Positions 61,663 through 64,000 of a stretch of 64,000 nt of DNA are shown here, one piece after another. This stretch comes from an uncultured Gammaproteobacteria bacterium (lineage in GTDB: Bacteria; Patescibacteriota; Microgenomatia; UBA10105; UBA927). Where the stretch lies: NCBI GenBank assembly GCA_964527425.1, contig CAZGOA010000001.1, positions 20,842 through 84,841 of the forward strand, read 5' to 3'. The position numbers and the translations under genes were made by a program. Within the stretch, counting starts at the first letter, position 1; each line of letters opens with the position of its first letter. The notes beneath the pieces were generated by a model. The model did no database searches. It saw nothing but the letters and a program-made list of their open reading frames with translations, and had not been told where the DNA came from.

Positions 61663-61668
61663 AGGTGT

Positions 61669-61709
61669 ATTGTACTAAAATTGAACAGCATACATGAAAG
61701 AGATACTAT
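61669..61709. promoter_or_regulatory. Overlapping divergent promoters at the head of the long minus-strand operon
   Basis: Minus strand: TTCATG-18 nt-TACAAT(61669-61674)-6 nt-ATG(61662). Plus strand: TTGAAC(61681-61686)-17 nt-TACTAT(61704-61709), then AGGA before ATG 61724. Confidence 0.6.
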
Positions 61710-61723
61710 AGAATAGGATTCTC

Positions 61724-63397
61724 ATGAAATCATTATATTTACTTTTTTTTATTATCATACTCTCTCTTCTGCCTTTTGTAAGCATTTTTACCACAAATCA
61801 ACTACCTCATACGAGTGATGGTGGAGTTCAAATACCGCGTATGGCAGCATTCTACACAGCGCTCAAAGATGGACATATTCCTGTTAGATGGGCAGGCGAT
61901 CTCAATTATGGATACGGATTGCCCCTATTTAATTTTATCTATCACACTCCTTTTTTTATTTCTTCATTTCTAATTTGGCTGGGAATCGGGTTAATAGATT
62001 CCTTTAAATTACTTTTACTTATCAGCTTTCTTCTTTCTGGTATATTTATGTTTCTTTTCTCTTCTGTTTTTTTCAAAGATACAAAAACTGCATTGTTTGT
62101 AACGATGCTCTATCAATTTGCACCATATAGATTAGTAGAGATATTAACCAGAGGAAGCATTGGAGGTATATATGCGTATACATTTTTACCACTCATGTTG
62201 TGGTGTATTGTATTAGTCTGGAATAAAGCAACTATTTATCGAATATTGGGTATTATAATAGCAGGTGGTTTGCTTATTCTTTCACACAACGCTTTAGCAC
62301 TATTGTTCTTTTTTTGTGTAGTGCTGTTTATATTATTAATGGGACCAAATAAACCATCTAAGTATTATTCTTTGTTCGGAGTATTGGGTAGCTTGGGTTT
62401 ATCTTCATATTATTGGATTCCTGCACTTTTTGAACACAAATACACCTATGGTGATTTATTTATGAAAGATTTATATCTTTCACATTTTCCTGAAATAGTT
62501 AAATTTTTTATTCCAAATCTTATCAATGCTCAAAATCTTCGAGTTGCTGAAATAAATATACACATAGGAATAATACATACAGTTGTGTTTATAATTGCGT
62601 GCCTCGTATTGATAACAACAAAACAAATGTTATCTCTACGAAATTTTATTAAGGAACCTCGCAATAGACTATTGGTTTATTCAATAAGTATATTTTTTTT
62701 GAGTATATTCTTTATGTCACGATTTTCAGTATTATTCTGGCAACATATTTCGTTTCTAAGACAATTTCAATTTCCATGGCGATTTCTTGCGCTCACTGTA
62801 TTTTCAACTTCACTCATGGGCTCGTTTGTCATGAGTATTCGTTTATTTAGACAACGCTATATTTTTGTTCTTTTATTACTTTTAACAATCGTTCCAACGC
62901 TCTATTATTGGCGTCCACCGCAAGGATACACCTATGGTGCAACTGACGAAAAATTTTGGAACTATCCACTAAATACTACCTATTTCGGTGAAACAGATGT
63001 AATTTGGTCAGCTGGTCCTGCAACATCATACCCGCCTTCTCGTATTCAAATAGTAGATGGAAACGCCCAAATCAGTAACTTTTCAAAAAAAACACATCAA
63101 CAATTTTTTACTGTAGAAGCAATAATTCCTTCAACTATCGTTAGCAACACACAATACTTTCCAGGATGGAAAGTATATGTAGACGATCAACTTGTTCCCA
63201 TAGAATTTCAAGATCAGAATTGGAGAGGACTTATTACCTTTGCAGTTCCACAAGGTATTCATCAAGTTAAGATACTATTTAAAGAAAGTAAAATTAGAAT
63301 CCTTGCTGATTGCATTACGCTTGGAACAATAGTCATTATGGGAATCTCACTTCTTGCGTCTACTCGATTAAAACGTCTCACGAGGAAAAATGTATGA
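61724..63397 (+). CDS. GT-C membrane protein, PTPS-related/YfhO-like, paralog C
   Basis: HTSDGGVQIPR, PVRWAGDLNYGYGLPLF, APYR, RGSIG, QFPWRFL, YFPGW, EFQDQNWRG. Confidence 0.78.
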   Translation: MKSLYLLFFIIILSLLPFVSIFTTNQLPHTSDGGVQIPRMAAFYTALKDGHIPVRWAGDLNYGYGLPLFNFIYHTPFFISSFLIWLGIGLIDSFKLLLLISFLLSGIFMFLFSSVFFKDTKTALFVTMLYQFAPYRLVEILTRGSIGGIYAYTFLPLMLWCIVLVWNKATIYRILGIIIAGGLLILSHNALALLFFFCVVLFILLMGPNKPSKYYSLFGVLGSLGLSSYYWIPALFEHKYTYGDLFMKDLYLSHFPEIVKFFIPNLINAQNLRVAEINIHIGIIHTVVFIIACLVLITTKQMLSLRNFIKEPRNRLLVYSISIFFLSIFFMSRFSVLFWQHISFLRQFQFPWRFLALTVFSTSLMGSFVMSIRLFRQRYIFVLLLLLTIVPTLYYWRPPQGYTYGATDEKFWNYPLNTTYFGETDVIWSAGPATSYPPSRIQIVDGNAQISNFSKKTHQQFFTVEAIIPSTIVSNTQYFPGWKVYVDDQLVPIEFQDQNWRGLITFAVPQGIHQVKILFKESKIRILADCITLGTIVIMGISLLASTRLKRLTRKNV

Positions 63398-64000
63398 AAC
63401 TAAAAAATGTATTTATGCGATACTTTCCAATATTCGTACTTGTATGCATTACGATCCTCTTTTTTTATAAATCGTTTTTTAAAGGCTATATACCTTTTCC
63501 TGGTGACCTACTCATTGCAGAATATCAGCCTTGGAAGTCATTTCAGTTTGAAGGATACAATCCAGGAAGTTTTCCCCATAAAGCACAATATTTTGATACA
63601 ATTCGTCAATTATATCCCTGGAAATTTTTTAGCATTGAAGAACTTAAAGCTGGTAGGTTACCACTTTGGAATCCTCATAATTTTTCTGGTGCCCCATTAT
63701 TTGCAAATCTTCAATCGGCTCTTCTCTATCCAACAACCCTACTATTTTTAGTATTTCCATTTAACCTCAGTTGGACTCTATCTGTTATTCTTCAACCGTT
63801 AATTGCCGCACTGTTTACCTATGTTTTTGCGAGAAGGTTACAGTTTTCTAAATCAGCTTCACTTTACTCTAGTATCGCATATGGATTTTCTTTATATATG
63901 ACTGTATTTCTTGAATATAATACTATTGGTCACGTCATTTTATGGCTTCCTGCGATTCTTTTCTGTATCGAAAGTTATTTTCAATTTAAAAAGAATCGTT
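63394..64000 (+). CDS. YfhO-family GT-C membrane protein (runs off the window edge, partial)
   Basis: Not in the ORF track. ATG 63394 overlaps the upstream stop (ATGA): MKLKNVFMRYF...PFPGDLL..YQPW...DTIRQLYPWK...LPLWNPHNFSGAPLFANLQSALLYP. Confidence 0.85.
   Translation, partial: MKLKNVFMRYFPIFVLVCITILFFYKSFFKGYIPFPGDLLIAEYQPWKSFQFEGYNPGSFPHKAQYFDTIRQLYPWKFFSIEELKAGRLPLWNPHNFSGAPLFANLQSALLYPTTLLFLVFPFNLSWTLSVILQPLIAALFTYVFARRLQFSKSASLYSSIAYGFSLYMTVFLEYNTIGHVILWLPAILFCIESYFQFKKNR

Noticed and set aside
30-63751. Many short ORFs (60-133 aa) in the track, e.g. 30..227, 5915..6214, 13471..13809, 15955..16356, 27659..27970, 63407..63751
   Set aside because: They are antisense or out-of-frame shadows lying within well-supported genes, including manC and the partial YfhO gene, and show no recognisable motifs.
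1-64000. tRNA/rRNA genes, CRISPR arrays, IS or prophage genes, stop-codon recoding
   Set aside because: Intergenic gaps are all under about 65 bp. No repeat-spacer pattern or mobile-element motif was seen, and TGA acts as a normal stop in several ATGA overlaps.

Overview
This is an AT-rich, gene-dense 64-kb window read in the standard code (TGA = stop), with no RNA genes, mobile elements or CRISPR. It is occupied end to end by one giant cell-surface glycan locus of about 55 genes, mostly on the minus strand and often translationally coupled. The protein families (PTPS-related, YfhO, AftD-like and ArnT/PMT-like membrane glycosyltransferases, a DUF5667-like domain, an O-antigen-ligase-like protein) suggest a Patescibacteria/CPR genome, probably Microgenomates; this is inference. 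Contents: about 20 soluble GT2/GT4 enzymes, including two polyprenyl-phosphate-sugar synthases; about 16 GT-C-type membrane glycosyltransferase domains; a Wzx-type flippase; nucleotide-sugar enzymes (ManC, GalE, UDP-GlcA decarboxylase, ColD plus an Fcl/ColC-like reductase, FnlA/split FnlB/FnlC, a C3 oxidase/aminotransferase pair); and tailoring enzymes (two acyltransferases, a methyltransferase, a NodU/CmcH carbamoyltransferase). Most notable: (1) a lone ornithine carbamoyltransferase inside the cluster, which could supply carbamoyl phosphate to the glycan carbamoyltransferase; (2) an orphan GT4 N-terminal domain next to a GT4 with an internal consensus promoter, an SD-like run and an ATG at its domain boundary, suggesting a split, shared-domain glycosyltransferase; (3) an O-antigen-ligase/TMTC-like fusion; (4) a GT2/DUF5667-like fusion joined by an internal signal peptide; (5) several apparently leaderless promoters. 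All family calls are from motif recognition, not database searches.
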